In this document: positions 25,996-41,081 of the stretch, piece after piece
Layout: every line of letters starts with the position of its first letter
How positions within the stretch are numbered: position 1 is the first letter of the stretch
NCBI GenBank assembly: GCA_051362555.1
Contig: CM120648.1
Span: 19,588,587-19,652,586, forward strand
Length of the DNA stretch: 64,000 nucleotides
DNA from: Lingula anatina
Taxonomy: Eukaryota > Animalia > Brachiopoda
Direction of reading: 5' to 3'
Translations under genes and position numbers: made by a program
Notes under the pieces: generated by a model
What the model was told of the DNA's origin: nothing
Seen by the model: the letters and a program-made list of their open reading frames with translations, nothing else
The model's database searches: none

Positions 25996-27655
25996 TATAT
26001 AAGTAAGGGAACCCCAGTATTCGAGATGTGTGAAGGGTGGGGGTTGATAGACATTTTTTTAAACCTCCGTGGAAATGACAGTGGAACATCGGATTTGAGG
26101 GAGTACATGTAATAAATGTGAATAAATGGTATTAAATATGGATATCTTAACCGCTAGTTTGTATTTTCTGTACCACTTATCATGTTAGTTATGGTATATG
26201 GAATGAAAATCGCCATTCATAGCAATTGACTCCTGTGATGTGATCATTTATAAATAAAAGCACATGAAACTGGGGGTGGGACAACCATTTTGACCAATGT
26301 CGTATGAGAGTTGTCTTGCGAGATGAACATATCTGAATCAGCACTACGGTGCCATGTCATCAGATACCATGTGCTCACTCTGGTTGGACTTGTGTGGAAC
26401 AGTCGACTCTTGTGGACACATTTGCCAGAATCTGTTGTTCTGCCCAGAGTTGCTGCAGTGTGCACGTAGGAGCAGATGTATACAGTAGGCTGACAATGTG
26501 CAAGGGCAAAATGCACTGTATATTGCACATGCAAGGGAGATTGTAACGCCTTAAATATTGCAAAGTTTATAAAGAGTTGTAAGGTGATAAAAACATGGAA
26601 ATGACTGGTTACTAACTTTGAACACGCTGCCTTAAGTATTTGCAGCGGCAATGCTTACGGGATTGAAAGTATGAATATCTTGCTCAAAATTGTAGTTCCT
26701 AGCTAGTATTTTAGATTTGCCTTACTTAATAGACTAACGCAACTTTATATGCTTGTTGCTAGGGTAATATACTGCCTAGCAACTGTGGAAAGGTTAATTT
26801 GGGTTTTAATTGCCTTAAAATAGTCTAGGGATAGTTCTGATTCCCTGAAGCATTGTTATTAGCATTTCTAAATCATTTAAACTGGATAAGAAAGGTCTAA
26901 TTAGGTCGCGCAACAAGGTTATTTACAGTTGCACCCTGAATTATGCTCGCTTGCTCCGCAAGGTGTCGCCTGTGGTGGTGGGGCAGCACAGCACATATGG
27001 TTACTGTGGCGAAGGTGACAGGTACTTCCACACATTTTTTCATAATTGTCATTATTCCTCATTCTATTCACAAATTTGATATTTACGGCAATGGAAAATG
27101 TGGCACTGGCAGAAGTGGGTCTTGGTGCGTTGACAGGCTGCACAGGTGTCCCCAATTAACCGCTGCCAGAGGAGAGACCCCAAGCATTAAACAACACAAC
27201 CTGTAGATATTGGAAATTTGGCGAAAGTTAAGCAACTGAGGCTTTATTAGATATGGGCAGAAATTGAGAGGAATGTCCAGTGACATGCCAAACCCTTAAG
27301 TTCAAGTCTTGGCCCTTGACACCAGTAACGCACCCCTTAGTCAAGAATCTGAACAAATCAATGTTGGGCAGGTATGCTCTATTTTCAACAGGCGTTTTGT
27401 GATTTTATCAGCTTGATTGTCAAGTGCCAGACCTTTTTGTTCCCAGGTACTACTACTACTACTACTACTACTAATAATAAGCAAACTTTATCAGAAAGCA
27501 ATCTGACACTAACCATGCTGCACTAATAGAGCTGTAAACTCAGTTAGCAATGCTGTCATCTTTACCTGTATCTTTACCGGTATTATACCAGTGGTACGTT
27601 TGATATATTTCAATATGGAAATATGCTTTGATGCTTATATTTATGTGTAATAACC

Positions 27656-27695
<40 letters not shown>

Positions 27696-27820
27696 GGAAC
27701 CTTTCAATGTTATTACACAATAACAGTATAATGATGGGAAATGTTATAATTAAATGCTTAGTTAAAAGAAATAATAAAAACATATTATGTGAAATATAAA
27801 ATGAATTGATTTTATTTGGG

Positions 27821-27851
<31 letters not shown>

Positions 27852-29457
27852 TTTCAAACCAATTAATTATCAAACATGAAGCTTATTTTTAGAAACATTA
27901 ACAGATATTACTGCAATATAACCCTGCTGGTACAGCTTCAGGGACAAGATCACACCAACTACCCTTGCTGTGATGATGGATCTACTAGTACATTATCTAT
28001 GTTTTTTTCCGCCCAGTTTCTCTAATACCATTTCCCCTGATCTATGCTCACATCAATCTCTACAGCTTTACCAACAGCTACACAGTTTTCACATCTGAAA
28101 GTATAAAGCAAAAATTGTAATAAAGCACTATCAATTTACTTGTTATTTATTGAATTGAGGGCAAGAGAAAAAGGCAGAAACCTCATATCATAATCAAGAT
28201 AATTGAAAATCAAATATGCATAATCAAATAGCTTTAACTGTACATACTACTGATGATTTAATCTTTTAAACTTCAGCATAAATTTTGACTTTTTCTTGTT
28301 TTAGCATAGCCACTTTATCAAAATGTGCTTGAACAAATAATAATAAACATGATGGAACATGGAGGTCAATTGCCGCAAAACTAAGTTGATTTGTACTTGG
28401 TAGCTTGAGAAATAATATCAGGTATTAATTTGAGCAGTAATAATACATGTACTACAGAGTTAACAACGACACAAGCATATGGTGTTATGTAACATAATTC
28501 ATGCATTACTTGCTGTGGCAGTGTCCTCCCCAACCTATCGTGCACCGCAGGTTTTGATTGTCATCAATTTTTTTTTGTTAGTTTGATCTATGTATCTGCT
28601 ATTCAAAAAATATCGTTTGGAAAATAACTAATTTAATTATACTTTTGCAACATGAAATTATCATTAACTTTGCTGGTTCACGTGCACACAGTACTTTGCT
28701 ATCAGTGCTGCTCTTTTCTCCCCAACTCGCCAACGACAGGCTAACCACATCGTTTCAAAACAACGTTGGTATGCTCCTTTACTTTTGGTGTTGGCAGTTT
28801 CGTCCTGGGGACATCGTCTTCGGTTAAAAACAACATATCATTCTCACCCATCTTTGCGTTGCTCCTGTACAAAATGTCCACTTGCTGCCCGCCCAATTGA
28901 AAAATCGTAGCAAGTGGGTAGTTACGCTAGACCTGTGACATGTAACGTGCGCAAGGTTATTAGCTTGTTAGTAAGAAAATACACTTCCATAGCAAAGGTT
29001 GCTAAGCAATGCTTTGAAATTTTGGGCACTGCCCTTGAAAATGATCAGCATAGTTCAAAGAACAATTGTGCCAGGTTTTACGCTTTTTCCACACTCTGAG
29101 CAATTTGGCCAATATATTATATAGCACCAATCATCCAGACTAATGGGTAGTATAAGAATGTTGACGGTATGTCGATGTATGAACGATCCCTAACAAATTA
29201 AATAAATTAGATTGAAAGCATGTCTATTAATATTAATATCTAGTCTTCCTCTCCCCCCCCCCCCCCACCCCCCGAAGAAAGCACACAAGCCAATTGATGT
29301 TATTAGACGCATTTTCAATCTAAATTATTTATTTTTATAAAATATACTGTGTGGTTAATACGATGAATATGATGAATATGCACACATTGCAATACATTAC
29401 AATATGCATTATGCTAAAATCAGTTAGTTTGGACATAGCTTATTGTATTCCTCGCAG

Positions 29458-32400
29458 TGGCAGCAAGGGACCATCTAGATGATATTGACAAGGAGCTATT
29501 GGAAAAAATCGAGAAAATTGCCCGAGGAGAACATGTGGAGCCAGAGAAACAGGTCACAATTTGGGATTTTGCAGGTCAGGATGTCTACTACACCACGCAC
29601 CAAACGTTCCTCTCAGAACGGATCATCTACTTGTTGGTATTCCGACTTGACCAGGACCTCGATGATAAAATCCGTGTATACAGGGGAGAGAAGACGCTGA
29701 AAGGTATTGTTGAGCTTTATATCTTTACATGTATAAGCTACTCAGGGCCCTCATGTAAATATAATGGCCTGTCAGCTGTGTATAATTTCTTTATTAAAAG
29801 ACCCACATTTTTAAATCTCTCTATTGCTCTTAATATATTAGTATAGGCATTGTTATTATTATTATATTATATATAATATTATATATATTATATTATATAT
29901 TAGTATAGGCATTGTTATTATTGTTAAAATTATTAGGATAGTGAGTTTATATAATAAAAGCGGCCTTGTATGGCCAAATCACGAACACCCGATAGTCTTT
30001 GTTGCCTTCTCTTTTGTTATGAACTGGACTATGCAAGTTTGTGGTGCACTGGGATGGAGGAGACGTAAACGTATTTACACGCCACATGGTTACTATTTTC
30101 ATTGGTTGTCTTTCGTTTTGTGCGCCAACACTTATGTCTTAATGTTACATTAAAATAAAAGAAAACGAGACAAATAAAATTTCTTGCCTTCAACTATCTG
30201 TGAAAATTGTTCATATGATACATACGTTACCGATATATACATGGCCAAATAATATGAAGGTGTTGTTTTCTGATTCCATTGATTGTTTTCTGTTGTCACG
30301 GCTTTGTTTGTGCGTGCGACTTTGTATATGTGCGCACGTTTGTACGTTACCGATACATACGTTACCATGAAGCGTGTTAATAATCATTTTTCTTTGTTAC
30401 GTTAAAATGATACATACGTTACCATATATATAGTCCTGCTTCCAGCAATAGGTAGACCATTCGCACTTAAACGCCAGCATTACGCAGACCGGAATTTTAG
30501 GCAGACCGCAGCCGGTCTGCCTAACATTTTCCCCCCTTCAAAAATGTAGATAAAAGCAGATTGAAAAAGTAATCTGCTGTCAGTTACTAAAGGGTACACC
30601 GATGTTATTGTTTACATTGATTATATATTGTTTGCGAAGCCCATTTAAAAATAAATCAAATGTATTTTTACAACCGTGTATATTTACGATGTATATCAAA
30701 AACTTATGAGACACGCTAGCTACGGCAGACCGTTGGAAAATCGACGATAATTTTCAAGATACGCTATATATCGAAATTATCTCTTTGCTTCTGTGTTATT
30801 TAGCCACATAGCTATCCCTTCGCACAATCAGTTTCTTACAACGCAGATTTTTTACAAGATCGATATTTGACATGCCACCTTTTTCTCCTTCTGAGAGAGA
30901 AAGTCAGCAATGACCTTGACCTTTATGATATAGGTCACTGGCGCGCAATGCATTAGATGGCATGGCTACCGGTACGTGACTGTGCTGCACAAGATATGTC
31001 ACTTCTGAGAGGAAAACAGTTGGTAAGTTTACGTTTTCATCGTATCTTTATAATTAGAGAATGTTGTGAGGAGATTTACTGCGTGTTAATGATCGACTTC
31101 CGGGAAAAAATCGTAGTATAAGATATGAAATTATAATATTCCTTGATGCACATATGTAACTTGCACCCCATTTCCATAGATTTTTAGATCGATCTATCCC
31201 TGTGGGGAGTCTCACTAGATTACTGTCAGCTTGGTCGGCTTAAGCGTCTGTCCCGCCTACTAAAAGCTTTAAGGGGGTAATTAACTATGGTGCCCGCTCG
31301 GCTGACTGCAATTTAGCGTGAAACCCCAGGGAGTTAGATCGATCTAAAACTTATAAAGCTCTGGGAAAGCACCCTAAGTTTTATTGCCATTTCACGCGTT
31401 TTTTTTTTTTTTAATTTGGTCATGATGGTTATATAAGCAAATGCAATTTATGCAAATTTACAGATCTTTAGCTTATTTTGTGGCTAAGTTAAACAGAATA
31501 TGGTGGGGTTTGTCAGCTTTATATACATTTTTATTATTTATTTATTATCCTTAAACAAATTTTGAGACTTTGTTTTGAGAGTGCCCAGAATTTCCAACAC
31601 TTAAGGATTGCCACTCCAATTTTTTCAACCAATTTTAATTCAGTAAAAAGACCTACTGGATACAGTGTACAGAATGAAGCAAAATGTGATGTATTGAAAG
31701 CCAAAGCATATATTACTGGCCATTGGAACTTCTACTTTAGCATCCTCTGTATTAGGTTCTCAAAATACTAGTATATACTCCCACCTTCAAATTTATCATG
31801 TGTATTAGATTTCTGATCTTCATCCAGCACTGATGTAGTCTCTAACACAGTTTGTTTCAGGATAATAGTTATAACTTTAATTTATTCCTTCTTTAATATT
31901 CATCTTTTAAGCCAATAGCCTATGCATAAATAATCTTTTATATAACCTGTTTCAACTGACTCAGAAATTTAATTTCCCATATGAGGCAGAGATTAATTGT
32001 AGCGTAGGGTGGGAGGGGGGTCTCTGTTTGCCCAGAATACTGGACTAAGAGTGCATTCTCAACGAATTAAGCCAGGCTTTACAAAGCCGGTGACCTAAAA
32101 ATGGCGGACGTACATGAAAGAAAAACCGCCTAATCTTTTAATAGTCTCTCCGCCTCTCACACGCCTCCCCACACGTCGTCCCTGCGGGGTTCAGTAATTA
32201 AATCTCGGCTCCGAACATTAATATTACCGTGAATATCTCTGGTGATATTATCTCCGTAGAAAGTCGATTCATTGCTGCTCTACCGGCCAAATTATTCCTT
32301 TTTCGTCTCTGTTTTCAAAGATAATAGAACAGAAGAGCTTTTTTCCTTCGATCGCCTTCAGCCGCCATGCTTTCTTCACCACGAGTTTAACTGATGAGCA

Positions 32401-35400
32401 TGCGCACTTAATATTTCTCAGGTAGCTTCCGCATGGCGAACGGAGACGCAATTTAATTACTGTACCCCGCAGGGACGACGTGTGGGGAGGCGGAGAGACT
32501 ATTAAAAGATTAGGCGGTTTTTCTTTCATGTACGTCCGCCATTTTTAGGTCACCGGCTTTGTAAAGCCTGGCTTACTTCGTTGAGAATGCGCTCTAAGAT
32601 GATTCTTTCATACAGTATTGAATTTCCTTTCAGTTAAGACTTGCTATGCACAGGGTGCAGGTTAGCATTAATTTATAATGTTATATTTATCAATTGTATC
32701 TTAATGACTTTTTATTATGGAAGATTATTGTATAGTTTTAAAAATATAGATATCATATTAAAGTCAAAGGGATTATTTATATTTTCCAATAATATAGTGA
32801 AATAGTGTTCCTGTTGAACTGCATGAAGTATGCAGGGATGTATAGGATAAAGCATGCTGTCTCAGTCTGTTTCTCCTTGAATGTTTTGCTTATATATGAT
32901 AGATAGAAATGAAGCATATATATATTATGATGATGGGAGCGACAGTGGTAAGTTTTTTTTTTTCTTACTTTTACTGAAGCCAGGGGCTTGTGGGGGGGGG
33001 GGCTTGAGACACATCATCACTCCCCACACACCCCATTTTAACACCTACTACTAATTTTTGTAACATAGTATGCATTTGTACATAGTGAGAAGCAATGCTT
33101 AGTTCAGTACACTGATAAGGTAATTTTCTTTCAGAGTATGATCCTTATCTCTTTGATTCTGATGAAGGACCTGTTGACAAAAGAATCAAGGTAATGGATA
33201 CATGAAATCGAAATACTTTAAAGTTATCGCTTTTTTAATATAATATATGTAAACTATCCAAAAGATGACATAAGCAACTGAATCTGTTAAAAGCTTGGTA
33301 CTTGAGGGATTTATTGTACATTAAGCATGAATTGCTGTTTGGAACATCTTGTAACTACAAGCCTTTTGCTTGATTAGGTGTGCTTTACTTTCAGAAAACA
33401 AAAGAGCCTGAGGAGATTGTAGAAAACAGTTATGGTAAGCCTATTATAAATTCCCTAAAAAATTCTGGCTGTAAAATGCTTTACATGAGGTTACATGAGG
33501 ATAACAGTGAGTTTGCTAGGTGTAAATACAGTGGGTATACATACGCAAAGGTACATGTATATCAAGTGCATCTTTATTTTCGTAATTACTTTACACAAGT
33601 GGGATTTATGTTTATTCAGTCATTTATATATGTATTTATTTATTTATTAAGGTGATGGCAGTAGCAGTGTTGTAGATCAATTTCCGTCCTTACAAAAGTA
33701 CATAAGGTAAGCAGATCTGCAAATTTTCATTTTGCTAATAGTTTTAAGGCTGTATGGTATATGCATTTTGTCTCCCACTGCAGTTTGTGAGAAGAAAATG
33801 ATGCATTGTCCTGTAATTTGTAAATACCTAACATTTTTTGGTCTCTGATAATATTATCATTATATTATCATTATATATGCATGCAAGGTAAAGTTACACT
33901 TCTGTATGGGATAATAAAAAGTAGAGGGAATAGTTGATTTTAATGAAGCCTTACATAATTTATTAAAGAAATGATCCATGCATTGATTCAACATAAGAGA
34001 GAGACATGTACTAGTACATTTATATATATAAATGTATATAGTTGTGCAAAACCTCCTGTTGGTAGGAAGCAATGCAATATGTTCATTTGCTTGTTCTTTC
34101 GGGTGGTATTTAGGTATAAATTACTATTTTGATTACTTTCCATGTGCATGAAACAATCTATTAGAATGTGCTCTACTTCCAATTATAGACCTTCATTGGA
34201 CAAGGGTGCTGAGTTAATTACTAGTGGTGAACTTGTCTCTAGTGGCATCGAATGGGAAACCCAGGGTGAGTTATACTGTTAAATAAAAAGAAAGTTAAAT
34301 TGACACTTGGTTATTTCCATTTTTAATTTTTTTTAAACATAGTCAAATTACTACTGGATATAACTGCTCAGAGCCAGTTCTTGTAAACCTGTGCTGGAGA
34401 ATACAAATATATTATACAATAGTGTTTTTCTGAATGCTGTTTTAATGTAAGGTCTGCTTATTACTGGTGCAATATCCAATTCTAAATTGATATTTTTTTT
34501 CTGTGGAACATTACACAGTTCAAATTATGTTTTCAAATTCAAATTATTTACTCATGTATGTATACATATATATACAATATAAATGCATATCTTATAATTA
34601 ACTTCTACATTTCACAACATTATTAATATAAATGCTTTGTAACTCACTAATCTAAACTGAAATATACATATTTATTCTTGTATCTGAGGAAAATAGTCCT
34701 ATGTGCCTGCAATTGTGTGTGAGGTTCAGTCTTTGGCTACTTTTACAGAGAGTGACCTTCAAGATTCTTCAGAGCTTTCACCAGAAGATGTTATTAGATT
34801 TGGCGATAAGGTATTTGTTATAAGTGGAAATATTTGCTTTTAGATGGCAAGATGTATGTACATACCGGTACAGATATAATTCCATTCCCCTTCCTCAAAA
34901 AAAAAAAAAAAAAAAAAATTAGTCATACATACTGGTAAAAAAATTACCACTTAGTCAAGAAGGATTTGTTGAGTCTACTGTTTGATAACCCTCTTTGAAG
35001 TAACTTGCACAGATACTGGAACTCTGTTACTTTATCTGTTATAGCACAAGCTCCAGGCTTTGGAAGAAACTGTGATTGGAAGGTGTCACAGTCAATGCCA
35101 CAAAGAACAGACATTATTTGTCAACTGTATATGCAAGTCTGGACATGAGCCCAGCAGATCAGCAGGTCTTTTTAGATCATATAGGTCACGAAAAAAACAT
35201 CAACAGAGATAATTACCAATGTCCAATTGGACTCAGGGAGGTCAAAGTAATGGGCCGCATGTTGGGAGATCTTGAAAATGGTAATTGTGTTCATTTCATA
35301 ATTACATGTTTACTTAAAATAAGCTTAATTTCTTCATGACTATTTTAAACATTTTTTTTTTTTTTTTGTATTTGAAAATATGTGTCATTTAATCCAAACA

Positions 35401-36324
35401 GATATTTCTATGCATTAGATATCCATGATCTGTAAAGGACAAGATGCAGTCACTAAAATGAGTAAACATTGATTTGTTTTTGTTCTCAGTACCAGAACCA
35501 GCAACGGATTTAACCACTATACAAACAGTTGAGGCAAGTGCAACTGAAACTAAAGAGATTGGTAAAAATGAAGAACTTCAGTGAGGTAATAACATGCATA
35601 CCTTTACCAAATAATCATATTATTTGCAAAACATTTTTAGTGGTTAAAACACAGTGACAGTTTTACAACTACACTGAATATATATTCCCTTTTATGTTTT
35701 TAACATTGTTTTGCAGAAATTGTTTATATTAAATAAAAAATAAAGTATAATATTTCAGACATAACAGCATGTGCATGGTCCACCTCCAAATAAAATTAAT
35801 GTTATTTTGGATATTTGTACATGAATGTGGTTAATTTGCTTTGCAGAGAGCTTCAATCAATAAAAGATGTGTACATATATTTTCTTTTCAGAATAAAATC
35901 TAACATGTAATCCTGTTACATTGATTGTAGAGGGCAAGAAATCTGTATCAGGTAATAACATATAAGAAAAGTAAACAATTGCTATCTTTTATTTGATAAA
36001 ATGAAATGTAAGCTATATAAATTCAGAACAGCTATTTCTTTTTATAAGCTTCTAAAGTCCTATAGGCAAAACTAATGTCATCGAAAAAGGAAATTGTATC
36101 CATCACTTTGAAATAGGGGATTCAAATATGTTATAGATATATGTGCTTTTGTTCTTTCAGTGGCCTGGCCTGCTGAAGACACAAATATGTTGAGAGACCA
36201 TTTTACGCCATATTAAGTACTCACCTAGAGGCTGCGGATAACAAAGGAAGCCTTCCAAGTAAGCATATTTTATTGACTAGATATTGTCATTTTCATGCAT
36301 AGTACCTCTTAGATATAAGAGTCT

Positions 36325-36367
<43 letters not shown>

Positions 36368-39300
36368 TAATGACTAGAAGAATTGGACAATATGGTTCAA
36401 GGTGAACTTGTAACAGAGTGCAGCCAACTTTTTTCGTTTGAAATCATACGTGCATTTTTATTGAATATCCAATTAGTACATTACATTGTTACATTGTAGT
36501 TGTGTACATTTAGAACTACAGGCATCATCCAATTTTTGTCCAAACTGTATATCTGTAGAGTTTCATGTACAAATATAAAATGGCATTTTTTAATAGTTAT
36601 TGAAAAGATGACTCTTTTTTTTTTTTTCTTTAAACTGGAGGAGAAAATTAAAACTATGTTGCCACGAAAATGCAATTTTTGTGAAAATTTGTATTGCTTT
36701 TGGCAGAAGTCGTGTAAACAATACCAGATGGACAAAAAACATTGTGTACTTAAGGAAAATGAATATCTGTATCTAAGTGGAAATAACTTACTTTTAAAAT
36801 CCAGGCCCACAAACTAAAATAGTAAATTGCACATAATTTTTCTAACATCTTATTTTCCAAAAGTGTAACGGGGATGTAAGGAGGTCAACCAATGACATCA
36901 TTCAGCCTAACAAAACTGAATTTTATGATTCATGGAGGCTTTGCTAATGATATTAATATATTTTTTATTTACTTTGAAGGTAAAAAAGAAATAATGACAT
37001 TTCTTGAGGGCCACATGCCACACTGCCTCAAGAGTTTGGAGTTACAAGAAGCCTACAAAAAGACCAGGATAAAGATATTCAATGAGAGAAAAACAATGAG
37101 GGAAAATGTTAATAAAAAACTTCAAAGAATATAGTGCAACTGTTGGAGGATGACTGTTCTTGAAATGGAACACCAATGTTTCTTCAAACAACAGCAAAGT
37201 ATATAAATATTACCTCCAATATTTCAGTTGATGAAATTCTTCTCAAAGTTTGTTCTCCAAAATATTGGAGATAATATTTCACATACTTAACTGTTGCTTG
37301 GAGAAACAATGCATTCCATTTCAAGTTCATTTTACAGTTGACTAAGTTTTTCACAGAGATTGCTCTCCAAAATATTGGAAGTAATATTTCACACATTTAA
37401 CTGTTTGAAGTAACAGTGAAGTTCCATTTCTTGAAGATTGTTCAATGATGCAATGTGCTTGGTGGCAGACAAGTTACACTTAAGACTATGCTTATGTAGA
37501 TTGGTGCATGTTATTCATCCAGACTGTTCAATGATGTGACCTCAATAAATATATTAAGACCTTACATATAGTTTATGTTAGTTGTTTTTCATGTCACACA
37601 AAAAATCCAATAACGGGTAACATTAAAATAAAGTGTGGGATTAGGTCATAATTTTATTTTGCTGAAATTATCCTTGCTCTTTGGTTGAAAAGGAATGATA
37701 TGTTACAGCACTCATAAATTATACTCATAAATTGTAAAGTAAAAATATACAATATACTGTCCCACAAATGACAAAAAATAGATAACATGAATAATTAAAA
37801 TGTGCCAAAGTGTTGATTGTTCTGAGTGGTAAGCACTTTGTGTTGCAACATAGTGCAAAAATAAGTTAAAATGTAGTTTGATATAAAGTCTGCCTAATGC
37901 TGGTTTTTTTTATATATATATAGTGTAAATGGTCTGCTTATTGCTGTTTAGTTACATGTATGCCAAATAAATTGTGGTTTGTGCTCAAAACTAAGTGTTG
38001 ATTTGCTAAAATTATCCTGGCTTTTTGGCTGTGAAGACATTGCTCTTTAAAACAATCCCATTAATTATAAACGCACAAATGTATACAACATATTGTCTCC
38101 CAAATCACACATAATAGCAAGATTGCATGAACAAGAATAATTACTCTGCTAAACTGTTGGTTGCTGTGAGTGGCAACATTATGCAATAATTAATAGCAAA
38201 CAAATGTATACTTTAATATAGTCTGCCTAATGCTGGTCTTTGATATATTTATACAAGTACATGTGGTCCACTTACTGCTGCTAAAATATGCATATATATA
38301 TATATATGTATATTTCTGGTCTGCCTAATGCTTGTCTGCCTAATGCTGGTTCTGTCCTTACAGAAACTTAAGCAGACCAATTTTTTTGTATATTTTTTGT
38401 TGTTTATATCTGTGCCTCTATAATCATAGCATGTGCATAATATTCATTAAGTGTTATAATAAAGTTATTTTTTCAATTATAAATGATCATCTAATACCTA
38501 CCCAGACAGCCTCAGTGATCTGGCCCACGTCTGGCCCAGATCTGGCAACGTCTGGCAATGTCTGGCAAAAGGTATGGCCCACATATGGCTTGCCACATGT
38601 GGGCCAGATGTGGCAATGTTTGGGCCAGATCTGGCCCAGACATTGCCACATCTGGCCCAGTCCACATTTGCTCATATGGCCAGATGTCGGCCCAGATCTG
38701 GCAATATCTGGCAAAGGTATGGCATGCCAGATGTGGGCCAGATCATATTCAAATGGGCCAGATTAGGGCCAGACATGGACCACATATGGCCCAGAATGTT
38801 TTTTTTTTCTTTTTTTTAAATTATTTTTAATTATTCAATAAGATTACTATAAAAAAGACATACAAGATTCAAGATTCAAGTATTTATTCTGTGCTAAAAC
38901 CCTAAACAAAATTATTACACATTATATAACCTTGCTGGCAACTAACATGTAACAAATTAAGGGTCACTCCTTGTCTTTTTGTACAAAACAATGTATATTT
39001 GAAAAAAAAAAAAAAAAAACTACATTGCAAAAAGATAAATATACAGACACTTAACAGGAGGAAATGTCACTTACATACATGTAAAGAAAACAGTTATAAC
39101 AACAATTTTTTTTTTCAACACAAAGCTGCTCATCGAATCTGAATTAACACAAATTACAAAAATTGTAATTAATTATGCATGTACATGGGGGAGGGGTTCG
39201 AGGGGGAAATATTTTTGCACACATTGTCATTTTTAAACTAATTCAAACATATCATTAATAATAATAATCACTAATGAATATAGTTTTGTAATGAATAAAT

Positions 39301-41036
39301 CTTGAATAATGAATGAAAAAACATTGTTTTTTTAGATGATGGTGAGTTATAACAAAATTATAGGTCAAGTCAAAACACAACATCCCTTCCTTTCTTGGAC
39401 AGAAACGGTCCTTTCAAAACATGTTTATTGACAGTTCAGTCTTTAAAATGTCCTTTCAAACATTTGCAGAATAGCATATGAACTCCAACTTTTATTCCTT
39501 AAACCACACTGAAAATTCTCAAAACTTATCAACTCATATCAAATCCCATGTCCTTTCACTACTACTGGTCTCTTCCTATACGTCACATTCAAATGTTCCC
39601 TTCACTTTTAAAGGTTTCTCAGACGTGTATGAATAATGCTGTTTGTTTTCTAGTCCTCCACAAGAGCCACATTTATTTTTCTTGGATTTCAGCATTCTCC
39701 ATGTATTTTCATCAATGATATTACAATATGCACCTGAATCTGGTAATACACTGAGATAAACACCGCCTCTATTTCCTCCATGTCTTCTGTGTATATTGCA
39801 TTGGTTCCCACACCAAATGTATATGCACTCCTGGATTATCATGTTCAAAGCTGTCATTTACATGAATAATAGTTTCAGTTTTGCAGACTTTTGCAAAGTG
39901 ATCCAACGTTCCATGTTTTCTCAGTCAGGGAGTTTCTACTTCGTTTTTCATGTCTAAACTGGTAATGTTTAGACTGGCTTGGTTTGTCAAATGACTTCGG
40001 TTTCATCATACTCACAGTTTCTGGTGTTCCAATTTCATTCAAAGCGTTAACCGTCTAATGTATATTCATGTTTCTAACCTGTGTTTGGGAGAGTCCTGAA
40101 AATATCTTGTACACCTGTCCCTGCTGAATACAACATAAGCGCGCGTCTCCTCTGTCATGTATTTTTAATTTTCCGTTATTCATGCCGTCCGTTGGTTTTG
40201 AAAAGATCAATCTTTTCCGTCAGCGAAGAGGTTTAAACTGTCTAGCCATCGCGTCGAGCGTGACCCTAATGTCTCCGGACTTCTGTACGGTTCGAATTCC
40301 GTAATTTCACATTTTTCCTCCATTTTTTCAAAGAAAGTTGGCTCACAGTTTTGCACTAGTGTTAATCCTCGTCGCCAGTGTTGATGCCTTCGAAATAAAT
40401 CGCATCACAAATCAAATCACTCAACGAATTGTATCAGTTTGATACGCTTGTGCTTTTTTCATATCCATAACTCTAAGAAACGCTACATCCGGGTCCTTGA
40501 CCGGCTTAGCATAAAAAGCGGAATCTTACAACAGCGGAAGGGGTAGTTCAAAAAAGTTTTAGAACAGTGAATTCATTCAAATGTCAAGTCAAATTAAACA
40601 AATAGCACACTTATGAGGGGACTTTGAAGAAAAGAGAGAGATAAATTAAATCAAAATTTATCAAATGACGTCAGTTCAATGCATTCAGCTCACTGGTCAA
40701 TAAAAAATAAATAAATAGAAAATAAAAATTGAAAATGAAAGTACCATATCTGGCCCAAGTCTGGGCAGCATCTGGCAAAATGTGGCATAAATGCCAGACT
40801 TTGCCAGACTTGGCCCAGATCTGGCAAGTGTCTGGCAAAATGTGGCATAAATGCCAGACTTTGCCAGACTTGGCCCAGATCTGGCAAGTGTCTGGCAAAA
40901 TCTGGCCCAGATATTGCCAGACGTTGCCAGATCTGGGCCAGACGTGGGCCAGATTACTGAGGCTGTCTGGGTATATACACGATGGTCTACCTAACACTGC
41001 TTTTACGGGTAGTGTCTGCATAAGTCTGGAACTAGT

Positions 41037-41081
<45 letters not shown>

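Larger units (their letters stand above)
30431..41039 (+). mobile_element. CryptonV-like (tyrosine recombinase) element, defective, between TA repeats inside the ROCO intron
   Basis: Ends TATATAGTCCTGCTTCCAG and CTGGAACTAGTCTTATATA…, both in TA runs. Repeated, mostly inward-facing AGGCAGACC/GGTCTGCCT motifs at both ends. Encodes a YR C-terminal motif set. Confidence 0.6.

Noticed and set aside
26244-28100. Short ORFs and exon-like stretches, including a GNGKCGTGRS peptide as a possible Roc G1 P-loop
   Set aside because: Does not fit GxxxxGK[ST], there is no consistent splice frame, and I recognise no family.
40365-40377. Match to a tRNA-Ser 3' end
   Set aside because: Only 13 nt including CCA and no cloverleaf; it is a retroelement PBS, not a tRNA gene.
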